Positions 19,512 through 28,522 of a stretch of DNA of 64,000 nt are shown here, piece by piece. The translations under genes and the position numbers were made by a program. Location: IMG/VR virus record IMGVR_UViG_3300026263_000200, one strand, 5' to 3'. Under the pieces are notes generated by a model. That model was not told the DNA's origin. It worked only from the letters and a program-made list of their open reading frames with translations, and did not search any database. The stretch's first letter is position 1; each line of letters begins with the position of its first letter. Source of the DNA: a virus.

Positions 19512-21029
19512 ATGACATATTTAAAACAAAAACCAGGTAGTATTGAAGAAGTAATTGCTAAACAGCAAGAACAATATCAAGACCCTAAATACAAAGCAAA
19601 ATTTGACGAAGAATTAAAAAATACTATGGGTGGTATTGGTTCAATGACACCTAAAGAAAAGATAGCATTTTTTAATAAAGTGGAAGAAGAATGGAAACCT
19701 TCTACTGGAAAACACGCTGATGAACAGTTGATGAAAGACTTTATTGACAAAGGTGGAAAAGTAGAAAAGATACCTGAAAATAAAAGAGCATATAATGGCA
19801 ATAGAATTAAACCTCATTTAGCAAACAAAAAGAATTTAGCAAGACAAGAAGCAATGACGGAAGAAACTGTTTCAGAAGCAATGCCAGGTGGAGCTAATTC
19901 ATCTTCAAGACGAGGAAGTGCTTCAAGTGGTGTTAGAAAAAAATATAGATTTGGTTATAGAGTTGCTGAAAAACAACCTAAAGGCAAAGATATAGAAGAA
20001 GAATTTTCTCAACAACTAATTAAACAAGCATATGGTATATTAAATGACCCTAGATATAAACAAGGTAATTATACAGGTGCTGTTAATGCTATTGAAAAAC
20101 TTGCAAAAGGATTATCAAAACATCCAGACGTTGCTAACGCATTAAAAAGAGCAAATGAATCAGTAGAACACGAAAGTGCTTTTGCTATTTCAGGTGTAGA
20201 AACACAAAGACCTACAGAAGATATGCAAGAAACAATAGACGCAGGCGAAGTATCTAAAATGAAAGACAAGAAAAAAGAAGTAGATTTTAAAACTGCTAAC
20301 GTATCTACTACTGAAACGATTGACGCTGGAGAAGTTTCTAAAATGGCAGATAAGAAAAAAGAAGTTAAGTTTAGTACAGCAAATGTATCTACTACAGAAG
20401 ATAAAAAAGATCCAAAAAAAGAAGTTATTGGTACTGATAAATCAGAACCATCAGCAAATTTAGAAAATATTATCAGAAATATTTGGAATAAAGCAGCTAA
20501 TGAAACAGCAGAAAGAGGAGACTCTCAACTGTTGCCTACAAGAAATGAAAGCAAAATTCCACCTATTGCAAAAGATAATAAACCAGGTGTAAAGATTGCA
20601 AAGATAAGAGCGACAAGGGATGCTAAAGATGGTAAAGAACCAGGTGCTAAAGACCCTACAGCAATGGAGAAACAAATTTTAACATTGCAAGGTCAAGTTA
20701 ATGTATTAAAAACAAAATTAGAAAATGAAAAAGGTAAAGTAGTTAAACCTGTTGCAGATAAAGAAACAGGTCAAGTACCTTTAACAGTTGGACTAGCACA
20801 TAAACTTTTAAAAGATAAAGCTGAAAAAGAAGACGATAAAAAAGAAACTAAAACAGAAGCAGTCAGTCCTTATAAATTAAAATATGAAACTTTAAGAGCA
20901 AGAATTAAAGAAACAAAAGAAAAAGAAAAACTTGCTAAAAAGAAAGATGAACCTACCAAGGGTAGAACAATGACTGGAAATCCTGCTTCAAAAGTAAATA
21001 CAGATCCAGAGATAAACTATAATACCTAG
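19512..21029 (+). CDS. highly charged late protein, putative prohead core/internal protein
   Basis: late promoter, K/E-rich, internal 28-aa duplication. Confidence 0.5.
   Translation: MTYLKQKPGSIEEVIAKQQEQYQDPKYKAKFDEELKNTMGGIGSMTPKEKIAFFNKVEEEWKPSTGKHADEQLMKDFIDKGGKVEKIPENKRAYNGNRIKPHLANKKNLARQEAMTEETVSEAMPGGANSSSRRGSASSGVRKKYRFGYRVAEKQPKGKDIEEEFSQQLIKQAYGILNDPRYKQGNYTGAVNAIEKLAKGLSKHPDVANALKRANESVEHESAFAISGVETQRPTEDMQETIDAGEVSKMKDKKKEVDFKTANVSTTETIDAGEVSKMADKKKEVKFSTANVSTTEDKKDPKKEVIGTDKSEPSANLENIIRNIWNKAANETAERGDSQLLPTRNESKIPPIAKDNKPGVKIAKIRATRDAKDGKEPGAKDPTAMEKQILTLQGQVNVLKTKLENEKGKVVKPVADKETGQVPLTVGLAHKLLKDKAEKEDDKKETKTEAVSPYKLKYETLRARIKETKEKEKLAKKKDEPTKGRTMTGNPASKVNTDPEINYNT
20229..20399 (+). 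repeat. tandem 84-bp (28-aa) duplication
   Basis: ETIDAGEVSKMKDKKKEVDFKTANVSTT / ETIDAGEVSKMADKKKEVKFSTANVSTT. Confidence 0.85.
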
Positions 21030-21044
21030 GAGGCAATTCAGATT

Positions 21045-21539
21045 ATGCCTCTTCCTAAACTCTATTGTGATATGGATGGTGTCTTGGCAAACTTTAAAAA
21101 AGGTGCTGAGATAGCAACAGGAGTTCCTATCAGTCAATGGATGAACCTCACAAAAAAAGATAAGTGGAACCCAATCAGAAATGATAAAACTTTTTGGGAA
21201 ACATTACCGTGGATGCCAGATGGTAAACAATTGTGGAACTATATCAAAAAGCATTCGCCAGATATTCTATCAGCATATGTAGATAAAAATGTAGACCCTA
21301 ACTGTATACCAGGTAAAAGTAAATGGTGTAGAAGTCAATTAGGTTTAAGTGGTAGAAGAGTTAATCTTGTAAAGAGAAGTCAAAAACAAAATTATGCTCA
21401 GACTGGTTATAGAAGTCCTGCCGTATTAATTGACGATTACAAACCTAATACAGATAGTTTTACACAACGTGGTGGTATCGGAATATTTCATAGAAATTCA
21501 GCTAATACTATACGAGAGCTAAAAAAGCTAGGTTTCTAG
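21045..21539 (+). CDS. HAD-superfamily phosphatase (5'(3')-nucleotidase-like)
   Basis: LYCDMDGVL (DxD), ILS, GK..W, LIDD motifs. Confidence 0.85.
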   Translation: MPLPKLYCDMDGVLANFKKGAEIATGVPISQWMNLTKKDKWNPIRNDKTFWETLPWMPDGKQLWNYIKKHSPDILSAYVDKNVDPNCIPGKSKWCRSQLGLSGRRVNLVKRSQKQNYAQTGYRSPAVLIDDYKPNTDSFTQRGGIGIFHRNSANTIRELKKLGF

Positions 21540-21552
21540 CACACCTTCCCAT

Positions 21553-21560
21553 TATAAATA
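21553..21560 (+). promoter_or_regulatory. T4 late promoter
   Basis: TATAAATA upstream of AAGGAG RBS. Confidence 0.8.
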
Positions 21561-21616
21561 TACACATATATTAAGAATTGAGTACTTTAACAATTTAATT
21601 TAAAGGAGAGAATACT

Positions 21617-21898
21617 ATGTCATCACATTCAAGTGCAGACTCGGCGGCTGGAGCACCATTATGGGCTTGTGCTGCTGCTAAATTAGCATTCACGTCAGCA
21701 AATAGAACAAACTTATTTGAAGACGCAACTGCTGATAATTTTATTACTGGAATAACTTTAGGGTTATTTAACTATGCGGATGCTCAAGTACCAGCAGGTG
21801 CTGGACACGCAGGTTGGAACTTAAAGACAACTGGTTCTGGTGGTAGAAGCGGAAGAGTACAGTACGAAACGATAGTAGCATTAACAAACGCTGCTTAA
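21617..21898 (+). CDS. putative virion structural protein
   Basis: late promoter, strong RBS, HAGW...GRVQYETIVA motif, Ala/Gly/Thr-rich. Confidence 0.55.
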   Translation: MSSHSSADSAAGAPLWACAAAKLAFTSANRTNLFEDATADNFITGITLGLFNYADAQVPAGAGHAGWNLKTTGSGGRSGRVQYETIVALTNAA

Positions 21899-21938
21899 TA
21901 ATCAATATTATAGGGGCGATTCTTTATAGGGTTGCCCT

Positions 21939-21946
21939 TATAAATA
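21939..21946 (+). promoter_or_regulatory. T4 late promoter at 3' arm of a hairpin
   Basis: TATAAATA overlapping inverted repeat 21909-21942. Confidence 0.7.
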
Positions 21947-22007
21947 ATATTATGATGTAGGAATTACCTACAGTAGCATTCCCGAAAGGGTTAATAGGAG
22001 ATAACAA

Positions 22008-22469
22008 ATGGCAGACAAAAAAGTCACCCAGCTTACCGATTTAGGTAACGCATTAGCAAGTGTGGATTTATTCCACGTAATTGACGATCCATCAGGAACG
22101 CCAATCAATAAAAAAGTATCAGCAGCAAGTATATTTAATAACGTACCAACGTTTTTAGCTCTTGCTCAAGCATCCCAATCATTAACAGCGACAGGTTCTG
22201 GAACTTTAGTTGCAGACGTAGAAAGTGCTGTTACAGAAGTTGAGGGTACATCAGGAACAGGTGCAGTAACTTTAGCAGATGGTGTTGATGGTCAAATTAA
22301 AATGATTATAGACACAGCAACAGCAGGTACTAACGCAATAACTATAACACCAGCAAATTTAAGAGGCGGAACAACCGTAACTTTAAATGCGCCAGGTGAA
22401 ACAGTTACTTTATTATTTAAAAATTCAAATTGGAATGTAATCGCAGGTAACGGATACGTACTTGCATAA
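22008..22469 (+). CDS. putative virion structural/fiber-associated protein
   Basis: [13 protein letters not shown]-terminus, Thr/Gly-rich beta composition. Confidence 0.55.
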   Translation: MADKKVTQLTDLGNALASVDLFHVIDDPSGTPINKKVSAASIFNNVPTFLALAQASQSLTATGSGTLVADVESAVTEVEGTSGTGAVTLADGVDGQIKMIIDTATAGTNAITITPANLRGGTTVTLNAPGETVTLLFKNSNWNVIAGNGYVLA

Positions 22470-22491
22470 TATATTATAGAAGGAGATAATT

Positions 22492-22704
22492 ATGGATATA
22501 AATTTGGAACAACTTACTTCGGAGAAACTTGGTCTACAAAAAGACTTTGAAACTTTAGGTAAGAATATAAAACAAGTTGAAACTGATTTGGGTCAGATGA
22601 AAGCAAATTTAAATGCAATCAATGGCGCTATTCAACAAGTTAATAAGTTAATAGGAATGGCTGGTGGAGAACCAGTTAAGAAAGCAGATGATAAAAAAGT
22701 TTAA
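22492..22704 (+). CDS. small coiled-coil protein
   Basis: heptad pattern, AGGAG RBS. Confidence 0.55.
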   Translation: MDINLEQLTSEKLGLQKDFETLGKNIKQVETDLGQMKANLNAINGAIQQVNKLIGMAGGEPVKKADDKKV

Positions 22705-22816
22705 GATTTTTTATGAAGATAAAGACTTGGACGATTTTGAGGAAGAAGTAATCGCTGACTGTCCTGAAGAGGACACAGCAAAAGAAAAGGAAAAAACAAA
22801 AAATGAAAACGTTTAA
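22688..22816 (+). CDS. 42-aa acidic peptide with internal-protein-like leader
   Basis: manually translated MIKKFKIFYEDKDLDDFEEEVIADCPEEDTAKEKEKTKNENV fills gap between neighbours. Confidence 0.45.
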   Translation: MIKKFKIFYEDKDLDDFEEEVIADCPEEDTAKEKEKTKNENV

Positions 22817-23228
22817 ACAACACATAACAGAAGACGGCAAGATGGCTGGAACAGCAACATCTAATGCAGTTGAAGATGGTAATTTAGGCGCTCATAACAT
22901 TTCTGATCCAGAAGTATTAAATAGAGTTAATGCTTTTGTAGGTTCTATTGCAGACGTAGAATTCATTAAACCACAACAAGCGGTAGATAGTTTGAGAGAA
23001 AAACTAAACCGTGTTGGTTTAACTGTTTCTCCAGTTACAATGGAAGGAACATCAGGAAAAGTTAGTGCGAAAGTTAGTCAATTTGGTGGAAGATTTGGGA
23101 AAGATACCGACGGTTCGGATTTAAATGATGATGGAATATCACACAAAAAATCTGGCGGTCTAAATTTAGAAGTTAGTTATGAAACTTTAAAGAACGGTGC
23201 ATCCAAGGTCTACGCTAAGTTAGTGTAG
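22803..23228 (+). CDS. putative internal head protein
   Basis: N-terminus MKTFKQHITE resembles T4 IP capsid-targeting sequence. Confidence 0.6.
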   Translation: MKTFKQHITEDGKMAGTATSNAVEDGNLGAHNISDPEVLNRVNAFVGSIADVEFIKPQQAVDSLREKLNRVGLTVSPVTMEGTSGKVSAKVSQFGGRFGKDTDGSDLNDDGISHKKSGGLNLEVSYETLKNGASKVYAKLV

Positions 23229-23233
23229 GTCAA

Positions 23234-23596
23234 ATGTTTGAGAAAATAACCAAAGATAATTGGTTGCTTTTTGCTCAGCAAAATTATAGCAACCCTACAT
23301 TGGAAACAAATGTAGAGTTTTTGGAAGATATTAAAAGATTTAAATATCTTAAAAGGTTATTTCGCAAATATAAAACTACAGGTGAAGTTAAAATAAGATT
23401 AATTATTAATCACATTGTAGTATTACAAAATGTTTTTAGTGCAGATGTAGCGATAACTTTATTATTATTTAAGATAGATAGAGAATATTGGTCAGTATTA
23501 AAAACAGTATTGAACTATCTTAAATTACTTTATCAACACGAACTAGGTGACGTTGATGAAGATGAAGATATAAAAGAAATGTTAAAGGAACTTTAA
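23234..23596 (+). CDS. conserved T4-like hypothetical protein
   Basis: FAQQNYSNP...EDIKRFKYLKRLF...RLIINH motif pattern. Confidence 0.6.
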   Translation: MFEKITKDNWLLFAQQNYSNPTLETNVEFLEDIKRFKYLKRLFRKYKTTGEVKIRLIINHIVVLQNVFSADVAITLLLFKIDREYWSVLKTVLNYLKLLYQHELGDVDEDEDIKEMLKEL

Positions 23597-24075
23597 TGGC
23601 TAATAGAGCAGTAGATATGTTAATAACTTACCGAGTAGTTAAACTATTGGTAACACCTTGGGAGAAGCAAGAAGCATTTAAACAAGGTATTATTGATAAG
23701 ACAGGTAAAGTATTAAGACCTAATAAAACATTAAAAACAAGTAAAGATAGGAAAGCATATACTTATTTACATAGATTTGTTTTTAATATGAAAAGACTAT
23801 TTAAAAAAGTTGGATTGGGTAGTAGATTTGGTTCTTTTTTTGCTGCTATGGCAATGGTATTAAGGGAAGATAAACAGTTAATGATAAACAAAGACGCTAT
23901 TGAAGCAGGTGTAGTTGAATATTTAAAAGAAACTAACCAATATGAAAATATGTTAAATGAAATAAGAGATATACCAGATATAGATGACGAACCAGTAATG
24001 ACTTGTTTGGGTGTAGGTATCTATGAACAAAATAAAAAATTAGTATCGGAGTATGAATATGCCAAAACATTATAA
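23596..24075 (+). CDS. conserved T4-like hypothetical protein
   Basis: YRVVKLLVTPW...AFKQGIIDKTGKVL motif; translationally coupled. Confidence 0.6.
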   Translation: MANRAVDMLITYRVVKLLVTPWEKQEAFKQGIIDKTGKVLRPNKTLKTSKDRKAYTYLHRFVFNMKRLFKKVGLGSRFGSFFAAMAMVLREDKQLMINKDAIEAGVVEYLKETNQYENMLNEIRDIPDIDDEPVMTCLGVGIYEQNKKLVSEYEYAKTL

Positions 24076-24391
24076 AGATATGATGGATGAAATCATCAAC
24101 AAGATTGATGAAGATGATAAAAAAGAAGTCAAAAAAGAAGACGCACCAGCAAATGCAGTAGCACACGGTGGTGTAGATATGAATCCAACTGGTAAGAAAA
24201 GAGTTATGGGTACTTTAAAAAGAAAAGTACAAGAGAGTGATGATAACAACAATGTTGTATTGAAAGGTGTTTTTAAGGTACTAAATAAACTTGAAGATAA
24301 GATTGATGAAATAAGTGGAGTTGTAAAAGAAGAATTAAAAATTGAAACACCTAAAAGAAAAAAGACTATTAAAGAAAAAGCTAGAGTATGA
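24053..24391 (+). CDS. hypothetical late protein
   Basis: EDAPANA motif, charged. Confidence 0.5.
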   Translation: MNMPKHYKDMMDEIINKIDEDDKKEVKKEDAPANAVAHGGVDMNPTGKKRVMGTLKRKVQESDDNNNVVLKGVFKVLNKLEDKIDEISGVVKEELKIETPKRKKTIKEKARV

Positions 24392-24681
24392 AAAGTTTTA
24401 AAGAATTTATAGGTACAACAGGAGTTAGAATAGGAAACTATTCAAATGTACAACCTATAGCAAGTTTAGGTGATGTACCACCTAAAAAAAGAGCAGGTGG
24501 TAAAAATGTTAGAGGTGTAGGATTACACGCAGGTTATACAACATCAACTAATCAAAGACCATTTTTATCTGCTGATCCAAGAGTAGAACCAAAGACTAAA
24601 AAGAAAGAAAATACTATGGGTGGTATGGTTCACGTAAGAGGTGCCCAACCAACTGCTAGTATGAGAACAAGGAAAAAATAA
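24388..24681 (+). CDS. basic putative internal protein
   Basis: MKSFKEFIGTT closely resembles T4 IPI N-terminus MKTFKEFTSTT. Confidence 0.55.
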   Translation: MKSFKEFIGTTGVRIGNYSNVQPIASLGDVPPKKRAGGKNVRGVGLHAGYTTSTNQRPFLSADPRVEPKTKKKENTMGGMVHVRGAQPTASMRTRKK

Positions 24682-25263
24682 ATGGAACTAATAATAAGTT
24701 TAGCAATAAAGTTTTGGATGTGGTCTATAGTAATTTTAGTTATTATAGTAGGACTAATTATCAATTTATTTGATAAGAAGAAACCTAAATGTCATAACTT
24801 TAGTTATAAAAAAATGCCAGTAATGAGAGCTCTACCTATACGAACAAAAGGTAAAGGTTTCTTTAAGGGTATCTTAATGTGGATTCTCACTACAAGAAAT
24901 TGGGAAATCGCAGAAGATTTTGACTACGAAATTAATGACGTTAAATACGTTATACCAGCAGGTTTTAAATTTGATGGTGCAAGTATACCAAAATTCTTGC
25001 ATACATTTTTATCACCAGTTGGAGTACTTTTAATGGGTGGATTGGTACACGATTATGCTTATAAGTATCAGACACTATTAAAAATCAATAAGGCAGATAC
25101 CCTAGGTGTTATATCTCAAAAAAGAGCAGACGAAATCTTTAGAGATATTAATATCGGAGTAAATGGTTTCTATCTTATGAACTACTTAGCATACTGGTCG
25201 TTAAGACTAGGTGGTTTTCTTGCGTGGAACAAACACAGGAAAGTTAACGCTAAGATTAAGTAA
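24682..25263 (+). CDS. DUF1353-family protein with N-terminal TM
   Basis: VIPAGFKFDGASIP...LVHDYAY...ADEIF. Confidence 0.75.
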   Translation: MELIISLAIKFWMWSIVILVIIVGLIINLFDKKKPKCHNFSYKKMPVMRALPIRTKGKGFFKGILMWILTTRNWEIAEDFDYEINDVKYVIPAGFKFDGASIPKFLHTFLSPVGVLLMGGLVHDYAYKYQTLLKINKADTLGVISQKRADEIFRDINIGVNGFYLMNYLAYWSLRLGGFLAWNKHRKVNAKIK

Positions 25264-25280
25264 AAAAGGAGAAAAAATAA

Positions 25281-25439
25281 ATGGAGTTTATTACAGGAAG
25301 AATTAAAGAACTAACATCTTTACACGGTGGAGTATTAATCGGTTTAGGTGTTGTGGTTTTATTTTTTAGTCCACTAGCTAAAATTGCTGCTTGGGCAGCG
25401 ATTGCTTACGGCGCTTGGGCTATATTAAAGAAGGACTAA
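25281..25439 (+). CDS. small two-TM protein, holin candidate
   Basis: manually translated 52 aa (MEFITGRIKELTSLHGGVLIGLGVVVLFFSPLAKIAAWAAIAYGAWAILKKD), AGGAG RBS, precedes spanin pair. Confidence 0.5.
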   Translation: MEFITGRIKELTSLHGGVLIGLGVVVLFFSPLAKIAAWAAIAYGAWAILKKD

Positions 25440-25443
25440 AACA

Positions 25444-25920
25444 ATGTTTGGCACAATGAAAATGGTTATGGTTGTAATAATGATAGGCGGACTTGCTGGA
25501 GCAGGTATGTATGTTATGAAATTACGATCCGATAATGCTATTTTAAAAGCCAATCAAATTAAACTTGAAGAAGCGGTGAGTTCCCAAAAGGAACTCATTG
25601 CTAAACAGCAAGCAGACTTCAAAGAAATTTTAGAAGCAAATAAAAAATTTAACGAATTAGTTACCGCTCTTAAAAAAGATATAGATGATTTAGATAATAG
25701 ATTTAACAAAGGTGGAAGAGATTTTGGTAAACTTGCAATAGAAAAAACAGAAGCAATTGAAAGAATAATTAATGGCGCAAGTGATAAAGCATTAAGATGT
25801 GTTGAGATAGCAGGTGGGGCACCACTTACTGAACAAGAACTTAACGCAACTGTAAAATCAGAAATCAATAGAGAGTGTCCGAGTATCGCTAACCCGAATT
25901 ATGTACCGTATAATAATTAG
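25444..25920 (+). CDS. i-spanin (Rz-like)
   Basis: N-terminal TM plus long coiled coil, overlaps downstream lipoprotein gene. Confidence 0.65.
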   Translation: MFGTMKMVMVVIMIGGLAGAGMYVMKLRSDNAILKANQIKLEEAVSSQKELIAKQQADFKEILEANKKFNELVTALKKDIDDLDNRFNKGGRDFGKLAIEKTEAIERIINGASDKALRCVEIAGGAPLTEQELNATVKSEINRECPSIANPNYVPYNN

Positions 25921-26269
25921 TATATTAGTAGTATTGTTTTTAACAAGTTGCTCAGGTGTTAAAAAGTTAAGTATCTTCAAAGAAGAAGTACCTAGACAGA
26001 AATTAGATTTAGTTAAACCTACTATGCCTGAACTAGAAAAGTTGAAATGGATTATTATTACTTCTGATAATGCAGAAGAAGTATTCCAAAAGATGGAAGC
26101 AGCAGGACTTGATCCAGTAATATTTGGTTTAAGTGATAAAGACTTCCAATTAATCGCAAAAAACTTTGCTCAAATAAGAGCACACTTGAAACACACTAAT
26201 GATTTACTTGACCAATATAAAGAGTATTATGAACCAGACGATAAGAAAAATGAAAAGGAGAAAGAGTAA
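25901..26269 (+). CDS. o-spanin (Rz1-like) lipoprotein
   Basis: lipobox LTSC, Pro-containing linker, overlaps i-spanin. Confidence 0.65.
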   Translation: MYRIIISILVVLFLTSCSGVKKLSIFKEEVPRQKLDLVKPTMPELEKLKWIIITSDNAEEVFQKMEAAGLDPVIFGLSDKDFQLIAKNFAQIRAHLKHTNDLLDQYKEYYEPDDKKNEKEKE

Positions 26270-26460
26270 TGTTTACATTTACAAGTCATAGATATGACAC
26301 AAAACTAAAGAAAAAAGTTGACGAAAAGGTTAAAGCTCAAAAAATTTTAAGACCAGGACAGGAAAGTATTACAATTGTAAAACCTAAAGCGGCAGAATTA
26401 TCTACTGAAGAAAAAATTGTAGAAAAGGTTAAGCCATTAATTACTACAGATAAAAAATAA
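26269..26460 (+). CDS. hypothetical protein
   Basis: ORF with AAGGAG RBS. Confidence 0.45.
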   Translation: MFTFTSHRYDTKLKKKVDEKVKAQKILRPGQESITIVKPKAAELSTEEKIVEKVKPLITTDKK

Positions 26461-26461
26461 A

Positions 26462-26599
26462 ATGGAAAATTGTAAGAACTGTAGTCACGAAGCACATTGT
26501 CCAGAAACTTGTTTTAAATGTGATTGTAAAAAATGTGATTGTTCAATTTGTGAGAAACCAAGACCTAATGTAAAAACAGGAGATGAAATAGTACAGTAA
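26462..26599 (+). CDS. Cys-rich metallothionein-like peptide (45 aa)
   Basis: manually translated MENCKNCSHEAHCPETCFKCDCKKCDCSICEKPRPNVKTGDEIVQ: 9 Cys + 2 His in first 30 aa. Confidence 0.55.
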   Translation: MENCKNCSHEAHCPETCFKCDCKKCDCSICEKPRPNVKTGDEIVQ

Positions 26600-26763
26600 T
26601 GGATAGTGAAGCAGTATTAATGTTGAGTAGATTGTGGCCAATGCTAGTAGCATTTATATTATTAATAGTTACTTTAGCACAATCACACTATAGAATTAAA
26701 GTGTTGGAAGAGAAAATTAAAGTAGCATTTGAACTTATTAATAAGTTAACAGACAAAAAATGA
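26599..26763 (+). CDS. small single-TM protein
   Basis: manually translated 54 aa ORF, TAATG coupling. Confidence 0.5.
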   Translation: MDSEAVLMLSRLWPMLVAFILLIVTLAQSHYRIKVLEEKIKVAFELINKLTDKK

Positions 26764-26838
26764 ACACAATATATACCTTAGCAGGTGTTGTTGCAGTACT
26801 AACAATTGTTATAGTTATAAGTATTTTTATAATTGTTT

Positions 26839-28467
26839 CTATTTAATAGAATAACAATTAATCTTTTCTTTTTTACCTTTAACAGTACAAATACCTAGTT
26901 TATAAAACTTAAAGTCTAAATCTTTTTTAGTATTTTGAGATATTACTATTGTAGTATTGAAATCTTTACTCTTACCTTCCAATCTACTTGCCAAATTAAC
27001 AGCGTCACCAATAACAGAATAATCAAAACGTTGTTCAGACCCCATATTACCTACAAGACACTCGCCAGTATTGATACCTATACCAATGTTTAAAGGTGGG
27101 TCAAACTCTCTACTCTTATTCATCTCCTTAACTGCTCTTCTCATTTGAAATGCAGATAGTACTGCTAGTTTTTTGTGTTCTGGATTATCAAGTGGTGCAT
27201 TCCAAAATGCCATTATACAATCACCCATATACTTATCAATAGTACCACCATTTTTTAATATTATCCCCGTCATTGCAGTTAAAAATTTGTTAACATATCT
27301 GGTAAGTTTTTCTGGATTACCTTTCATAGATTCCGATATAGGAGTAAAGCCACGTATATCAGAAAATAAAAACGTCATTTCTTTTCTTTCACCACCAAGT
27401 TTTAATAGAGATGGATTGTTTTGTAGTTTCTTAACCATATCTGGAGATAGATAGTGTTCAAATTGTTTTTTAATTTGTAGTCTTAATTTATTTTCTTTTG
27501 AATAGTTATTGTATGTTAACTGACCCCATATAATAGAACCTATTACAAGAGGACTAAACCAATCAGTTATGATTAAGTGTTGCGTCCATAGATAAGAACT
27601 TGCAAGTGTTAAATCAAATAAGTATCCACCAAACCATATCGCAGACCACATCACACCACATCTAGGTATAACTATGAGAAAGAATAGAGTACCTAATAAT
27701 ATAAAACCAAATTCAGCATATGGTAACCAATAAGGTCTACTAATAAAATTACCTGACAATAAAGTTTCTGTACTGATTGCCATAATTTCGTGTGTGTTTT
27801 TTAAACCATTAGGAGTAGTTACAAACGTAGAACCTTTGAACGTAGTACCTATGAAAACTATTTTACCTTTTACAGACGACCAATCTTTATCAGTAAAATC
27901 TATTCTAGGAATATGGTGTCTGAAATCTATCCAAATAGTATCTTCTGCTGATGTTTTTGCATTGATAACTTTTAAGATAACTTCAGGTATAGAATTATCA
28001 AGAGGTAATTTTCTTATAGTGCCATCTATATCAACTGGCACACTTACGTTGCCTATTGCTATTGCTTTACGTGAGATACTTTGTAGATTTTTTACTTCAT
28101 CCGTTTCAGTAAGTATGACTGGATATTTTGAAATCATTTTTAAAAACATTTCATCACCACCTAATCTATCTTTATGTGGGAAGACTACTTGAAGAACTAC
28201 TAGAGCGGCACCATTTTTATAAGCATTAATTATGACACGACCAAGTAAATCTCTCTTCCACGGCCATTGCCCATTCTTTTTTAATGCTTTGTCTGATATG
28301 TCTACTAGGACTAAACTCTTTGATTCATAATTTGTACCAAATTTTTGGTAGAAATCAAAGGTGTTTAGTTTTGCTGTTTGTAGTAGTACTGGATTTGATA
28401 AGTATATTCCAAGTAATATAATCAAAGTCAAATATACAGTCCACGATTTAGCCAATATTTTAATCAT
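26839..28467 (-). CDS. CHASE2-domain membrane adenylate cyclase (class III)
   Basis: N-term TM, CHASE2 motif GQWPWKR, three TMs, cyclase motifs FSDIRGFT, DKYMGDCIMAFW, GIGINTG, DYSVIGDAVNLASRLE. Confidence 0.92.
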   Translation of the reverse strand: MIKILAKSWTVYLTLIILLGIYLSNPVLLQTAKLNTFDFYQKFGTNYESKSLVLVDISDKALKKNGQWPWKRDLLGRVIINAYKNGAALVVLQVVFPHKDRLGGDEMFLKMISKYPVILTETDEVKNLQSISRKAIAIGNVSVPVDIDGTIRKLPLDNSIPEVILKVINAKTSAEDTIWIDFRHHIPRIDFTDKDWSSVKGKIVFIGTTFKGSTFVTTPNGLKNTHEIMAISTETLLSGNFISRPYWLPYAEFGFILLGTLFFLIVIPRCGVMWSAIWFGGYLFDLTLASSYLWTQHLIITDWFSPLVIGSIIWGQLTYNNYSKENKLRLQIKKQFEHYLSPDMVKKLQNNPSLLKLGGERKEMTFLFSDIRGFTPISESMKGNPEKLTRYVNKFLTAMTGIILKNGGTIDKYMGDCIMAFWNAPLDNPEHKKLAVLSAFQMRRAVKEMNKSREFDPPLNIGIGINTGECLVGNMGSEQRFDYSVIGDAVNLASRLEGKSKDFNTTIVISQNTKKDLDFKFYKLGICTVKGKKEKINCYSIK

Positions 28468-28473
28468 CTAGTA

Positions 28474-28499
28474 TATTTAGTACAGATATTTTATAAATA
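28474..28499. promoter_or_regulatory. divergent late promoters
   Basis: TATAAATA at 28492-28499 (+); variant ACTAAATA at 28481-28474 (-) just upstream of cyclase ATG. Confidence 0.6.
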
Positions 28500-28522
28500 T
28501 ATACATCAACGAGAGAGAGAAA

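Noticed and set aside
27173-28192. Plus-strand ORFs inside the cyclase gene
   Set aside because: Shadows of the strongly supported minus-strand cyclase
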